Shown here piece by piece: positions 46,978 to 60,966 of a stretch of 64,000 nucleotides of DNA (positions within the stretch are counted from its first letter, which is position 1; the number at the start of each line of letters is the position of its first letter). The notes below the pieces were generated by a model that worked only from the letters and a program-made list of their open reading frames with translations, did no database searches and was not told the origin of the DNA. The stretch lies in the NCBI GenBank assembly GCA_030704615.1, contig CM060734.1, positions 53,692,001-53,756,000 on the forward strand. Reading direction: 5' to 3'. The position numbers and the translations under genes are program-made. The DNA comes from Takakia lepidozioides. Lineage: Eukaryota; Plantae; Bryophyta.

Positions 46978-49900
46978 ATGAGACCGCAGGCTCTGGCTCT
47001 GCGATCGTCTGCCATTCCTCCGCGGCAGAGCAGTACTAGGAAATGTGCAGAGTGTGAGAGGAATGGGACAGAAATTCAGGGATCAGGCAGCCGATGCGTA
47101 CACAAAGTTTGGCGGTCACAAAGTGCTGGTAGATCAGTGGCTGTGCGTAATCCTAGTCGGAATCAAGTCACTAGAGCGTCTCAGGTGAAGGTGTGGCTTG
47201 GGACGATTTCTGGTGCAATTTGGACTCGAGATGCAACACGAGATAGTGACATTGCCACCTTTGCTGCAAAAGACATGCAGCACTCAGGAGACGGAGGTGT
47301 TAAATTAAGATATCTGGATGGCAGCAGAGATATTTCTACGGGAGCTGCAGCTGACGAGCGCCAGAAGGAATTGTCTAACGAAGTAGACACCATCCGAAAT
47401 GGGGATGTGGGGACGGCTCAGGGTCAGAAGCTGCTTACACTTCCAACTATGCTGACGTTGGCTCGTGTCGCAGCCGTGCCTGCTATGCTTGCTGGTAAAT
47501 ATCTTCTCAGCGTTGGCAACCGACGGGTTTTTGGTCCTTTTGGCAGAGGTTACTAGTTTTCTGAAGGAGATCACCGTCTTTGAAAGTTGTTGCCTACTTG
47601 CCTTAGGGTTCATGAAGAGCCGTGAAAAGGCAGGAACATAATGGGAGGGGATTCTATGGCTCGGTCAGGCGAAGCCGTGCAAGTTGTTGTTGTACAATCT
47701 CAAATCGCACCTTCAGATTGGACTGGATTGCAATCCAGTATCCAGGATACTGGCTCCTTACGAGCTACTGCTGTTTCTCTTTCGTCGATGTGTTGTGTTC
47801 GTGTTTTGGAAGAGCATGAAGGGGTAGTTGAATTTGGATAGCGTTGGGATTGAATTTCGCTCAACTGTGACTAATTTGAGGATACAATAACTTGTGTACA
47901 TCAACGCCAAATATGCACTTTCCCTGGCTCAACCATAGCAGGCCTGTGACATCCAATGCCATGACTCTGCTGAAATATCAGCAGCGGTTGATCTAGTCCT
48001 TCAGTTCTCGTCACAGCCAGTAAGATTTGCTAAATTCTGGTTCCAACTGACATTGCGGAGGAAAGGGATAGGATGAATGATGTGGATGGTTGTCTTGTGT
48101 GTGGAAGTCTTCTACAGCCAGGAAACCTGGGCTACAGCAGCAGGCGCATCGATCTTTGTGGGAGCAGCTATAACTGATTGGTTAGATGGTTATCTTGCTC
48201 GGAAGGTATGGGTCTGTCTGCCAACAACACAGCTGTTACTTCTAGGTGTTTAACATGTGAAAGTGCTGGCTACATTGGAATTCAATCTTGTTTGTTAGTG
48301 AAGATTCTTTAGATTTGGCACACTTGACCTTAGGGGCATTGCAGTCAGGACAATTTTTTTGCAGACTTGTGGTGCTGACTTTGTGTCCCCTCCAACGACC
48401 CTAGGACTTGAAGTAGTTGGTACTACAGGTAGATGTCTTGTTAACGGCTAGAGGTGGTGTGCCTGCAAACTTGGATTGATTGTACTGAGGGCTGCACTCA
48501 TGCTTATGTCCTTAACACTGTTGTTCCAAGACAGCTTTCCATACGCATGGATTTGAAATGTTGCGCGTGACCCCTTGGCCAGAAATTGTATCCTCTATTG
48601 CACATGATCACTTCAGATGGTACCATTCAAAATGGCATTGATTAGCTTCTACTGTTTTTTGGTTTCGCTGACAGATGGGGTCAAGCTCTGCATTTGGAGC
48701 GTTCTTAGATCCTGTTGCCGACAAGGTATGTGATGCTCGTCCCATGAATTCCGTGATATTTGCACAGAAAGGCAATTGTATCTTTGTGTAACTAGATTAT
48801 TTCAAAGCGTTCCCATCAATTGGCAGCAGCTAGTCTAGGCACCTGAGGAAGGCTACTGCTTATTTTGTTGGTTGTATTCTAGACCACAGCCTCCTTGCAG
48901 TTTGTCTAGCATGGATACTTAAAGGTTGTGATGGTGCAGTTGATGGTGGCTTCCACGTTGGTACTACTTTGTACAAGACCTCCTGCCTCAACCTGGGCCT
49001 TTGTGGCCCCCTGGCTTGTTCCTATTCCAGCCATCACTATCATTGGCCGAGAGGTAGGTGTGCTTTACTAATTTGCTTCTCACGCAATTGTTTTTCTATT
49101 TTTGTTTCACCTGGAGAAACTAATGTGAAGTTGTAGGGCACTGAACTTATCTTCAATATGCTTCGCATAAGTTTCTTGCTGCTATAACAGGCATATGGCA
49201 CCATAAATAGCTATCACATTTGGTTGTTCTGGAGGAACACCTATCTCTTTCAACTGACAAAATCTCACCTGAAACCTTTCACGTACAAGAATAATGTAAA
49301 ACAAGGTGGTGCTTTTTTTGCCAAAAGAGAATTCTGATGGAGCGTTGTGTAAGTCCAGAAAAGGGTAGAACAAGTAGGCACAGGGACTGGTGTCATGTAC
49401 TGTTATCAGCATAGAAGCATCTTCATGTGTGAAAGTCTGTGAACTGTAATTTGGCATGGTGGAGATGACTTCACTTCGAATGGCTTTGAAGCAGCAAAGT
49501 TCGATCCTGTGATTTTGTATAGGTTCTCATGGCTTGGGTGCATGTTGCAGATCACAATGTCAGCTCTTAGAGAGTGGGCCGCATCTCAGGGGGGGGATCT
49601 GCACAAGGTGTGTATCTTCCCCTAATTCCAGAGCTGAATGTTTTGTCATACTAATGGATAACCACTTGTTCCAAGAGGGATTGAAATATAATTCTGCACT
49701 CTGATAATGGCAAAGCATCAAGGTTGGAAGTAGGAACCTTGAGCCTGGCCTTGTGAACTGCTGTGGCATGGGCTCCTCAGGAAGTGTTTTGAAGCTTTGG
49801 TTCCTATGGTCCACAATGCAGTGTCTAGCATGTGTCTAGCAATCTGGATGGTATTGCAGGCTTATCTTCTCATTTTGTCCATCTAGCGAAGGGTAAAGTC

Positions 49901-50642
49901 CAGCTAGCGAAGTAGCAGGTCCATGCAGAGCAAGGATGGCTGGAGCTGGATAAGAGGGGAGCAGTAGAAGAACCAGCCGGAATATAGTGGATAATTGTTG
50001 GGTGGTATACAATAATCTGCATTTGGATGCTAACCTCGCAGGCTGTAGCAGTCAATAACCTGGGCAAGGTCAAAACTGCCTCTCAAATGGTAGCACTTAC
50101 TCTTCTGCTGGCCACTCGAGATGGCGGGTAAGTGGTTTGTGGTTGTTCCTGTCATGAAGCTCTGCATATGTTTGAAAGGTGGCTTACCATGTCTGCAGTC
50201 GCCAATACCCCGTTCGAGTTTAAGAGCAGCCTTTTAGCAATCCACTGTACAGCCTCTCCCCGTTCTCCACTAAGCACAAAAGAACCGCGGGAGACAGATG
50301 GTCCTGGTGGGCTGTTCAGTCACCTAATCAGTTTTCAGAGCCATAGGGCATTGGCACCCCGGTGACAATACTCTCAGGTGCAGGGTGAGAGCACTCTGAT
50401 GAGGAAAGATTTCATATACAAACATCAGTAACAATCTGAATTAAAAGAACCTCTTCGACTCAATCATTGATAAGGTATAATTGCTAGTAACCTCCAGTTG
50501 GGTATACTCTTGTGACAGGGGAGGTGCGGCACTTGGAGCTGCAGGTATTAGCCTGCTGTACATTGCTGCAGGTCTTGCATTGTGGTCACTTGCTGTATAC
50601 ATCAAGGCCATGTGCGAAAGCTTGACCAGGGCACGAACCTAA
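46978..50642 (+). CDS. PGP1: CDP-diacylglycerol--glycerol-3-phosphate 3-phosphatidyltransferase (PGP synthase) with N-terminal transit peptide
   Basis: Seven exons: LLTLPTMLTLARVAAVP; AAITDWLDGYLARK; SAFGAFLDPVADK; LMVASTLVLLC..IIGRE; ITMSALREWAA; AVAVNNLGKVKTASQMVAL; GISLLYIAAGLALWSL..TAA at 50640-50642. The start could be the upstream in-frame ATG at 46876. Confidence 0.92.
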
Positions 50643-52355
50643 ACATTCTGAGTTGGAGAAGCTAGAGCAAGGATAGCTCCTCCTTTTTTTCAGCATAGTT
50701 TCATGTAGGGCATTCAAGAAGCTTGGTCGAATGGGAGGAGCATGTCCAAACATTCATAGTAAGCCATCTTGCTGCAATTCTAGTTGGAGCTAGAAGTTAG
50801 GCTCCTTCCCGAGTCAGAGTCTGGTGACACCAGCCCCACAAGCTGGGTCAGTATCACAAGTGAGCCATTCAAAGGTCGGAGTAATTTGGTTGTGATCAGT
50901 GTATGTTACATGCCCTTCACTTCATTTTCTCCAGTACTCTGATATTTATATTTTATATTTTTTGAGTGTAATATTGAAGACTGTTCAGAATTGGAACGGA
51001 ACCTGTCATGGCCACCAACATGGACACCAGCATTGCACTCTATGCGAACTTTAAGAAAAGCCTCATGAAACTTCGAATCCATAGGTCAATGATAGAACCT
51101 GTGGATACTTCATTAGAAAGATAAATGCTTATCACACAACTCATCAACCTAATCTTTTATCACGTCTCCTACTTCGTTTGTTCCATTGTCAATGGGCTTA
51201 ATTCCATCCGGACATAAAGTCAGATTTCCGGTGTCAATCAGGTAGAGTTCATGACAGTACATTGATTTAGACTCCTTCTCGCTTTGCCTTTATACGAATA
51301 AGATAGTGTTTTGCTAAACTGAAGGAATTGGCTCTCTAGTCCCCAGTCTCAGCAATGAATGCTCCAGTTGCCACCAAAGACTGACTAAGTGATTGCTCTG
51401 GCTCCACTCAGTGGCCATGAAGACTTGCTGGTGTCCCAACTTCTTAACCCCGGAGTAGCTCTTATCAGCCATCATGTTGCCAACCTACAATTGTGACAAA
51501 GATCCATGCCAGGATTTGGGTGCCCCTCCAACAAGGCTGTTCCCAATCCTTTCTATTTCTCCATTTTGAGTGCTTGTTGACTCCAGCTTGCTGCAATCAA
51601 TCACTGGCTGCTGTCGGCCTTAGGCCCTTCACTACTGACCTCATTTCTTGAAAATGGTCGCCTTGCCTTCTTATCGCTCATCTACTGCATTGTGATCTTG
51701 TTCCCTCTCTGGCCTCCAGAGGTTCAACATCCAGAGGCATGTTCTCAGGATGACATGGGGGGCAAGAGTGCGTTGTGTTGGGCCGTCTGGGAGTGGACAG
51801 TCTTACAAGATTCAGCACATCACTGGAGACAGGTTTCCTCGCTGGATGCAGCTGCTGGAGAGTAGGATGATGAAACACAGTCCCGTGGGGATTCTCTCTG
51901 AACTTGTCATAAATAACGTCTGGGATTGTATACATTGTAGGCTACCTTAAGATAGATAAGACTTTGATACAAAGTTAGCTTTGGTCAGATGATATGGGCA
52001 TCCTGGACTACCACTTTCAGACAAATTGGTAGTCACAGCTTTGGGCAGTCACAAACAGGGGTCCTCCCAAATATTTGTACACAAGCTTGAGGGGAAGAAA
52101 CAGCCATAACTGGAGGCTTGGGTTTTCAACACATGCTGCCGGTCCTGCCTCTCAATGTTAGTAAAAGGCCTGTTAGCAACCCAATAGACGATGCTCATGA
52201 GGGAACATATAGCATCATACTAACATGCCCAAACCGAAAGCAACCAGTGCACCTTCTCAGCAGCACGTAACCAGAGTTAGACAGCACTTTTAGGTCTTAC
52301 CCTGGACAGCTGGACTTTCCTGTTTGAGGGCAGTAAATCGGCTTGTATAATCTGC

Positions 52356-55346
52356 TCATCTCCGAAATGAGTTGCTGTCTCCATTCATGCTAGACCTTTC
52401 ATGAAAATGGGCACGCCTTCTCACACTCTTCTCTACAGTAAAATTGCCTTGCTTCTCTGTCCCATACACAGTTCTGTGTGTATCTGCAATAAAATTCTTT
52501 CCAGACCTAGTTGCTGCTTGCTTTGCTTCAGCAAAATCAACGTCTGATGCTTTCTTTAAACGATGCCACCTCTGCTCTTCATGAACTTCAGCATTGACCT
52601 GCATTTCTAAAAGCCGAGCTGCTTTATCTGCATCTGATATTGGGACTGGTCGATGTTTTCCTTTTGAGACATTCCTGGGATGCAACCCAGCAAGTGCCGC
52701 TTCATCTTTAATGCCACCATCTGGATGGCGGATAGAATCTTGCTTGTGCATGTTGCCAACATTAGAAGCATGGTCATCATTTCCTATGTTATACTGTGAG
52801 CTTCTCCTTCTCGAGCTGTGCACTTCAAGCCTCATCTGGGATCTCAAGTCTTGTCCGTCCTCTGCGTGATCGTGTTTGTGCCTTTGAGCACCGTTTTCAT
52901 GTGATTTCGAGTCGCGTGCGTTGTCTGAGTGGCCGAATCTATGCCTTCGATCACTGTCACCCTTTGAATCATGTACATCTTCTGAGTTGTTGTGCTTGCG
53001 CCCTCGATCACCATCATCATGTACTCTTGAATGGCGTGCATCTTCTGAATGGCCATATCTATGGCTGCGATCCCCATCTTGAGGTCGTCTTGAGTCATGT
53101 GCCTCCTCAGTGTGGCCAGATCTAACCCTTCGATCATAGTTGTAGAGCGATCTTGACTCGCGTGCTTCCCCAGATCTATGCCTCTCATCACCATTGTCCT
53201 GCATTTCCTGCTTAGTGAATCCAGTTTTGGTTTCTCTATATGCCTGCCCACTCCTGAAGTCAACCTCATCCTCCACTGCTTGCCTATGGCTCTGCTTATA
53301 GTGCTCAGAATCAGAAGAGGCCTCACTGCTGCTCCCTTCTTGACGTTTCTTCCGCTTTTTGTCCTTGCGTTGCTTCTGTTGGGCCTCTTTCATCATCCGC
53401 TTCTCATCTTTGGTCCTCTTCTTCATTTCAACCTGCATGTTCTTACCACTTCTATAATTTATGGCTCTTCAATTGTCATTAGAAGAGCACCAGTGAACCT
53501 GAAGACCAAGATTCATACGAAGTATCCCCTTAAAGCTTACAATCTTGTGCGTAAAATGATGCGCGATTGGGCAGCCAACAAGAGACATACTCAGGACATC
53601 ACAGTGCGCCAATTAAGTTGTGAACCATCAATTCTAGAAAATACCACATTGCATCAGAAGTCATTTGAACCACTCCCATCCAAATCATAAAATGCTAGTT
53701 AACACCCAATGCTGGACAGACCAGAACATGTCACATGACAATGAAACAAGCAATGGCCAGTCGACCAGTTGAACTAAGCATATCCTGAAACCGTATTGAA
53801 AGTCTCACATAAAGTGGCTGGTTTCCAAAATCAATCTACTGAGTCATAACGACAGAAATTTATTCTAAGCTGCAAGTAACAGTAAAAGGAAAGTGAAAAC
53901 AGCGCACCTCCTTTCTGAGTTGTTCCATCTTTACGGGGTTGTTCTTAATGCGTGCCAAAGCTGCTTGCTCTTGCTGCCTGATCAACAACAAAGGGTCTGA
54001 ATGAAGCTTCCTCCAAGTGTCATTTGCAGATGCTGGCTTTTCCTCGACAAACAGCGCACCAGGTGCTGCAGCTGCCTGCTTGCACAGGAACACCCACAAG
54101 AACACTTCAACATAGAGTCAGGAAAAAGAAACACTTCATGAAAGAGAAAAGGAAAGCTCATAGAATGGAAAGGAGTTTGGAGTAGAACTGCAGTAAAGCT
54201 GGACCTCTAATACAAAAGGAATAGCCTCGGCTAAGGTCAAGGAATAGACCTTCATGCATGGAACGACATACAGCCTTGCAAACCTCTCCAGGATTGCATT
54301 GTCTGTGAAATACATCAGGTATCCCTTAAGAGTCTACAATCACAGGTTTAAGAATGCAGTATGTAGCAAAGAGTCATTGGACAGACATAGGTGCCCGTTT
54401 TCTTACTTTGTGCTACGATTCCTCTGACTCCTAGGATTGAGGTGCAGGTTCCGTTAAAAGAACAGAGTGTATCAGAAGCAAAGAGCCTGTACCTTAGCTA
54501 GCTCAGTGTCATCCTTAGGCACCTCCACAGGCTTGCCCATAAGATATTCATCCGTTGTTGAGCCCTTCCCAACTGATAGACCAGAGTCATACAGAAACTC
54601 CAACCGTTCCTGCCGCCTGCAGATACAAAAGGAAAAGGAATAATTACTGTGAACAACTCTAGAATCATCCAACAACCGCATCCTTGCCAATGGCGGATTA
54701 CTTTGAGGGGCACCAAGTTCTCCCCAAGTTGCTGCAAATTGATGCCTACACAACAAGTGTACTGTTTCCATTGATTACAGCAATCTTCGCCCCTTCAAGG
54801 CTCAACTGCCACGAGAGTAACTCCTTGACAAGCCAGCCTATCCAAGTTCGGTTCTGGCACTAAAAGACAGCTCAAAACTCCAGCACGATTTCGGAATGGC
54901 TATTGCGGCAAAGTGAAAAATGATCTCATAGTTTGCAACGAATTCTACTGACAAATCTGTGAGGCTCACCATAAAGTGTTAGGGTAGACACAACCAACGG
55001 TAAGCATTCACGAAGAGGAGAGGATGCTAGACACATATACACAGACAGACTCAAACACATCCAAAGCAACTACGAAGCACCACACCCGCAGAACACAGAT
55101 ACACCAAGCAGGTATGGATAACATAACCCGAGGAAAAGCCACCAAGTAAGAGCATTACGGAGCCAGGCCAGCTTGCTCTTGAAGTTGCCGGAACTCGGAC
55201 GCTTCACGCTCGTCATGGATCTGCTTCCGCAACTCTTCCAGCTTCTTCTTCTCCGCCTCATGCTTCTGCTCCGCTTTCCACACCGTCTCAATATTCCGTA
55301 AACTTCCTGTGTGCCATCCTTTCTTGTTCAAAAACTTCAACGCCAT
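52356..55346 (-). CDS. CWC25: Pre-mRNA splicing factor CWC25 homolog
   Basis: MALKFLNKKGWHTGSLRNIETVWKAEQK (55346-55159); RQERLEFLYDSG (54616-54493); SANDTWRKLHSDPLLLIRQQEQ (to 53908); long charged last exon 53432-52356 with AARLLEMQVNAEVHEEQRW. Confidence 0.93.
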
Positions 55347-55828
55347 TGCTCCCCACCCTCCCGCCCCGCAGCAGATCACCTAGACAACGGATGCAGACTC
55401 GCGGATGCAGACTCAATCACGTCAAGCAGATCCGAGCTTCAACTCATTCCATACCAGAGAAACGAGAAGCAAACAGGATTTCCCCCTCACTCGTCCATCA
55501 ACTCTTAGGGCTAGGGTTCCACCAAAGCAAAGAGAAAGGGTTCCGCGCCGAACCTGGGGCAGGAAACCGTATTATACATACGGGATACGGAATATACGTG
55601 CCATGTGTGGGAGGAGAGAGGGAGAGTAAGTAGTGTGCGGGCATGATGGCGAGGGTGGGGAGTTGAGGGTCGGAGTGAAGGATTGGCTTCGGATCGACGA
55701 GAAAGACGGTGGGGATGGTGCGGAGCAATTGCAGTGTGGCAGTGTTCTCATGACACGCGCACACAGCCGCAGGTAGGACTTGGCAGCAGCTTTGTTGTGG
55801 TGCAGCAAGGCGAGGGAGGGGGTTACAG

Positions 55829-58800
55829 ATGAGTAGCCAGGGGTCTGCCGCTGCTGTGGCACAGCAGGGGCCCGGTGCGAAGCGGCAGCCCTCGCAGAAA
55901 CGGCCATCGCTCAACCGAAAGAAGTCCGCTGACAATGGCATTGCAGGGCTTCGCAAGCCGGGCGGCATTGGGCGGACCACGTATGTTCCCTGTGCTGTGC
56001 TGTTTGTCTTGCACCGGTGAAGAATTGACTAGGGGGTGGCCGGCAAGTGGTGTAATTTGGAATTGGTGGCAGCGTGGTGGGATTGGAAAGAACTGGCTCA
56101 TCAAGTCACTTTAGGATAGCAGCACTATTGGAATATCGTATGGTTGTTAGTACATGGACACGGGTGGCAGCTTTGTAATCAGACATGTTGTAGGGTTAGC
56201 TGATGTGGGTTTCGGAGATGCAGGTCCACGCCAGGGGAGAGGACGGTGAAGAGGTTGAGGTTATCTAAGGCACTCACCATTCCTGATGGCACCACTGTTG
56301 CGGATGCATGCCGCCGGATGGCCACCCGGCGTGTTGATGCTGCTCTTCTTACTGATTCCGGGGCTCTTCTTTGTGGCATCATTACGGACAAGGTGCCACT
56401 CCACTCCATCTGCACAGCTGGTCCTATTTTGTCACAGTAATTATGCGCACACTGTGCATCCGTGTACATTACGATGTGTGTGACTCTACAGAGAGATGCA
56501 CTTCTTTGACTGATGGGTGGTGTGGGATTAAAGGATGTGGCAACGCGAGTTATTGCTGAAGGGCTAAAACCGGAGGAGACATCCGTGTCAAGAGTGATGA
56601 CAAGAAATCCTATTTTTGTGATGGGCGACACATTGGCTGTTGAAGCTCTGTCGAAAATGGTACAAGGTGGGTATCATGCTTCTTCGTCTTGGGCAGCCTA
56701 CTCTTGACCTGACCCAATACCTCGGCTTCTCTGTAGAAGAAATTTGTTTTCTTTGTGGGTAGTTCTTCTTGACCACCCATATTTTTCTCAGACTTTGTGG
56801 GTCTTGAATTCAAGGTATTTTTCCAGTCATGGTGTGGGTTCAAGGTGGAGTTTGTGATGGATTTTTTGTAGACAAGGAAGCAGCTGACAGGGCATGGGTG
56901 TTGTGAACAGGCAAATTCAGGCATTTGCCAGTGGTGGAGAATGGGGAGGTGGTGGCTCTGCTGGACATCACAAGGTGTCTCTATGATGCTATTGCTCGGA
57001 TGGAACGGGCAGCTGAGAGAGGCAATGCCATTGCTGCTGCAGTTGAGGGTGTTGAGCGCCAGTGGGGCCACAACCTGAACGGTGAGTTGTCACCTAGTTA
57101 CAAAGAGACTTATGCAATTAGTCTGCCCTGTATTTAGTCTTGTATATTTGTCTTTCTAGTCCTCATATTATATTTCTTGCAAGTAATATGGGCTCTTTGG
57201 GGTCCAGACAAATCGAGTTTCATTGACACACTACGAGAGCGAATGTTTCGGCCCACTCTAGGGTCTTTGATCACGGAATCCACCAAGTGAGTTCACGCAT
57301 TCTCTTAGTTCTTGCTACAGGTCGTGTGCTCATGCATGTCCAATTGTTTGACACTTTGAGAGCAATGGTGGACCTGAAGCCTGGGGCGCATGTACAGGTC
57401 AATGGCTGCTGTAGTTAAGTCAGGTAGGCTGTAAACCTAAGGCCAGGCGCATGTATCTGGTTTCCCTATCCACGGCCTAAAGGTCTATACTTGAGACAAC
57501 TTTAAGCTGGGTGATTACTTGGTCGTGCTCTATTTGACTATTAGAACTGTTTTCATGGAATCTAGCTATAAAATTCTACTGAAGTACAATATTTTCCTCC
57601 TCAAGTTTGTGTGTGAAGGGATGGGTGCTGTTGAAGAAGACTAATGAACTGCTGACTCTGGGGCAGCTAGTGGCTGTGCAGTAGTATGTAGTTCTTAGCT
57701 CAGTATTTGGTTGCTAGGAATTTCTACTCTTGAGTGGACATGTGGGGTGTAGTGATGATGGTGTTGCTACGATGGGTGGTTGTGGTTGTGTAGAGTGGCA
57801 ACGGTTGCACCATCTGATACTGTGTATACTGCAACTAAGAAAATGCGGGATCTACGGATGAATTCTGTCATCATTACCAATAACAATAAGCCACAGGGTA
57901 TTCTCACGTGAGTACATTGTTCTTCTCAACTCAATGTGACTGCCTTTTTGCTGTGTCTTGTTCAATGTGACTCCAGTCATGATTGTGATTTGAACTTGGT
58001 CACTCGAGTGAATAGCTGGGTTTTGTGACTGCAGCTCCAAAGATGTGCTGATGCGAGTTGTTGCAGCAGGCCACACTCCTGAAACAACTACTGTGGACAA
58101 GGTACCTTTCTGTCTGAAGTGTGGATGGTGTAGCCTAATCTCTTTGTGAAGATGGATAGATGTACCACAATGGGCATGGGTTCCAGGATCTGAGGTTGAG
58201 GTATGGGGTTTTCTCTGGGTGGGGTGCAGGTGATGACCCCCAATCCAGAGTGTGCTACATTGGATACCACGTTGGTTGATGCACTGCACACCATGCATGA
58301 TGGGAAATTCCTCCATCTTCCTGTCGTGGACCGAGGTATGTACATCTGGTTGCAATCCCTTCTTTTGCAATCATGTACAAGTTTGTAAAGTTTGGAGACT
58401 GACCCCTACTATCTTGTGTCCTGCAGAGGGGCACATAGTGGCATGTGTGGATGTATTGCAGCTCACACATGGGGCAGTGGCTACTGTGAGTTTACCGTCC
58501 TTCCACCCTTGCCATGTAGTTAGTGAGCATAGTGTGAGGAGTAGCTATGTTCCAAATATCTTTTTACAAGACACAGAGGCCTGAAGCTCAATGCATGTTA
58601 CATCCAAAATCTCTACACCTTTACAAGATTAAGTGATGTCTTTACAAGTAAAATGTTGGCCCTTTCAATTTAGTTACATGGTTGAAAATGGTAGCACATT
58701 GAAGGCTTGCATGGCTTGCAAGAGGAAGTTCCGGACTTGGAGAGTCACACAGATTGGTCCTTTCTGTCTGCCTATTCTCCACCTCAAACTTAGTCTAGAA

Positions 58801-60966
58801 AAAATTGATTCTGCAGAGATGATTATTTTCGCAGTTTTTTTAAAATGGGGCAAGTGGGTTTATGACATGTGTTGCCTGCTGAATTTCCCTTACGTCCTCG
58901 CTGTCCATTAGCATTTTTCATGTGGCTATTCATTAGGACTCATGGAAGGATCTGAATGGCCTTAATTTCATCAGCCCCAAATGTGCTTTGTTGATTCACC
59001 TGACCTTATCTGGCGTTACTGCTGCTTTGAATTGGAATTGGAATATGTAATGCCAACCTTCAAAATATTCCAAGAAACCTGATCTCAGCTTTATAGATGG
59101 GTTCTCTTTCACGTTGTCAGATAATGTAGGGACAATTTGATAATGACACTCAAACAATATTAAAAGGATTCATAACAAACAGAGAGTGATGATGTGAGAT
59201 TTCACTTGAGCCACAAATTAAGCACTTAGTGGAAATCAACCATGTTTTTTTCAGTCTCAAGGTTACATATAGGTGCAATGTTTTTGGAATATTGTCATGC
59301 TCTTTTATAGCTTAGATAGCAACCTTTAGTGGGGGCATAATTTTGGTGTGGGAGATCTTGACAGGATGAGATGGATGTTTGCTTTGGGGAAGGTTGGAAG
59401 CAGTGGGAGCCCTGGTGGGGACATGGCGAATACAATGCTGCAGAAGTTTTGGGATTCAGCTTTGGCTTTGGAGCCAGCAGAGGATGATGATGATTCTCAT
59501 AGGTGAACATTTTTGCTTTGTCCATATAAGACTTTGGATTATTGTGAGGGACGTTGTCTTCCTTACACAAACTGTCATTTTGTCATTCTATGATGGCTAT
59601 AGGACCATTCTCCACTGTATACGAAAGGTGGTTGTCTCTTTGCATGCAGCTTAATGCTTGGAGATGCAAAGGCTGTGTTGCAGTTATTGTGCTACTCTTC
59701 ATTCTGCTGCAGTCATCTGGAAGAATATTCCTTGTGATGTGTAGTCCATCCTTGGTCTCAAAAGACTGTATCTTTGATTTCAGTGACATATCAGCAAGGC
59801 TGGCTGCATCAGAGGCCTATGGATCAGAAGCAGGGAGGGCAGGCTATCCATCTTTAGGACTAGGCAACACTTTTCCGTTCAAGCTGGAAGATCGGAAAGG
59901 CCGCGTCCATCGATTCAACTGTGGTAGGTTTGCACAGCATCTACTATATTTGCTTACTTGTCCATTGCTTTTGGTAACCAGTATGTTGTCCCTTGCTACA
60001 TCTTCCAATGTTGTCAACAGTGAAAGATGGCAGTTGTAGGACAACAACAAGAGGATCAAGTGTGGTTGTGCGGATGAAATTGTGCAGGAACTGAGAGCCT
60101 CACGGAGCTGATCTCTAAAATAGTACAGAAGGTTGGAGATGATGTTGACCGCAATCAGCTTCCGGATGTGATGGTACGTACTATGTGCTGCTTTTGTTAT
60201 GGTGTCTTTGTAAAGTTTATGGTGGGGGTGTTTCTGGAGCTGCCTAAGGCCGAAGTGTTGAGGCTCAAAGGAAGGTTGGGGCATGATGCAAATGCAGTAT
60301 GAGGACGATGAGGGTGATCGGGTAGTGCTGGGCAGTGATAGTGATCTGGTGGCTGCAGTCAACTTCGCTCGTATCAGCGGCGGGAAGGTTAGTCTCACCG
60401 TGCCTTGGCTCACTGCTACTTGTCGGAACCATGCAAGTGCAATAGAATGGTGAGTATATTGCTTGCCACCCTCAGCATTTCTTTTGAGACCGTAAGGGTG
60501 ATATCTTTTACACCAATTGGTAGCAATTAGCGAGTTTTCTTTCTTCCAATCCCGCCATTGTAACCCTGTTTGAGAACTGCTCACAATGAATATTTGCTCC
60601 ATGTTAAGGGGAAATGAGCAGCAAAAACTCACTGGTAAGAGAGGTACAGAGAAAGAGATCTATTGTTGTCTGCCTTGCTGAAGTTGTTTTATATTGAGCT
60701 TGAAGCTATCCCTGTAGGTCCACCTGTAAACTTGTCACTGTTTGCCAACTTTCTGGCTAACACCAGCACGTGGTGAAATCCAGGGCTTGAAGCTATACTT
60801 AGATTATTCGCGCGTGGGCAAATATGTACCTCCTATGTCGTTGCCACCTGTGCTAGAGACAACGCACAAGCAGAATTGGAGAACCATGGAGATAGCTCTG
60901 GTGGCAGGAGCTGCTGCCGTGGTGGGAGTAAGCCTGGCATTATATCTGCGCCGCTCTAATGCGTGA
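55829..60966 (+). CDS. CBS domain-containing protein of the CBSCBSPB type (4 CBS + PB1 + C-terminal TM anchor)
   Basis: ERTVKRLRLSKALTIPDGTTVADACRRMATRRVDA; DVATRVIAEG; GKFRHLPVVENGEV; VMTPNPECAT..MHDGKFLHLPVVD; MLQKFWDSA; FKLEDRKGRVHRFNCG; YEDDEGDRVVLGSDSDL; final exon GLKLYLDY..AAVVGVSLALYLRRSNA*. Confidence 0.93.
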
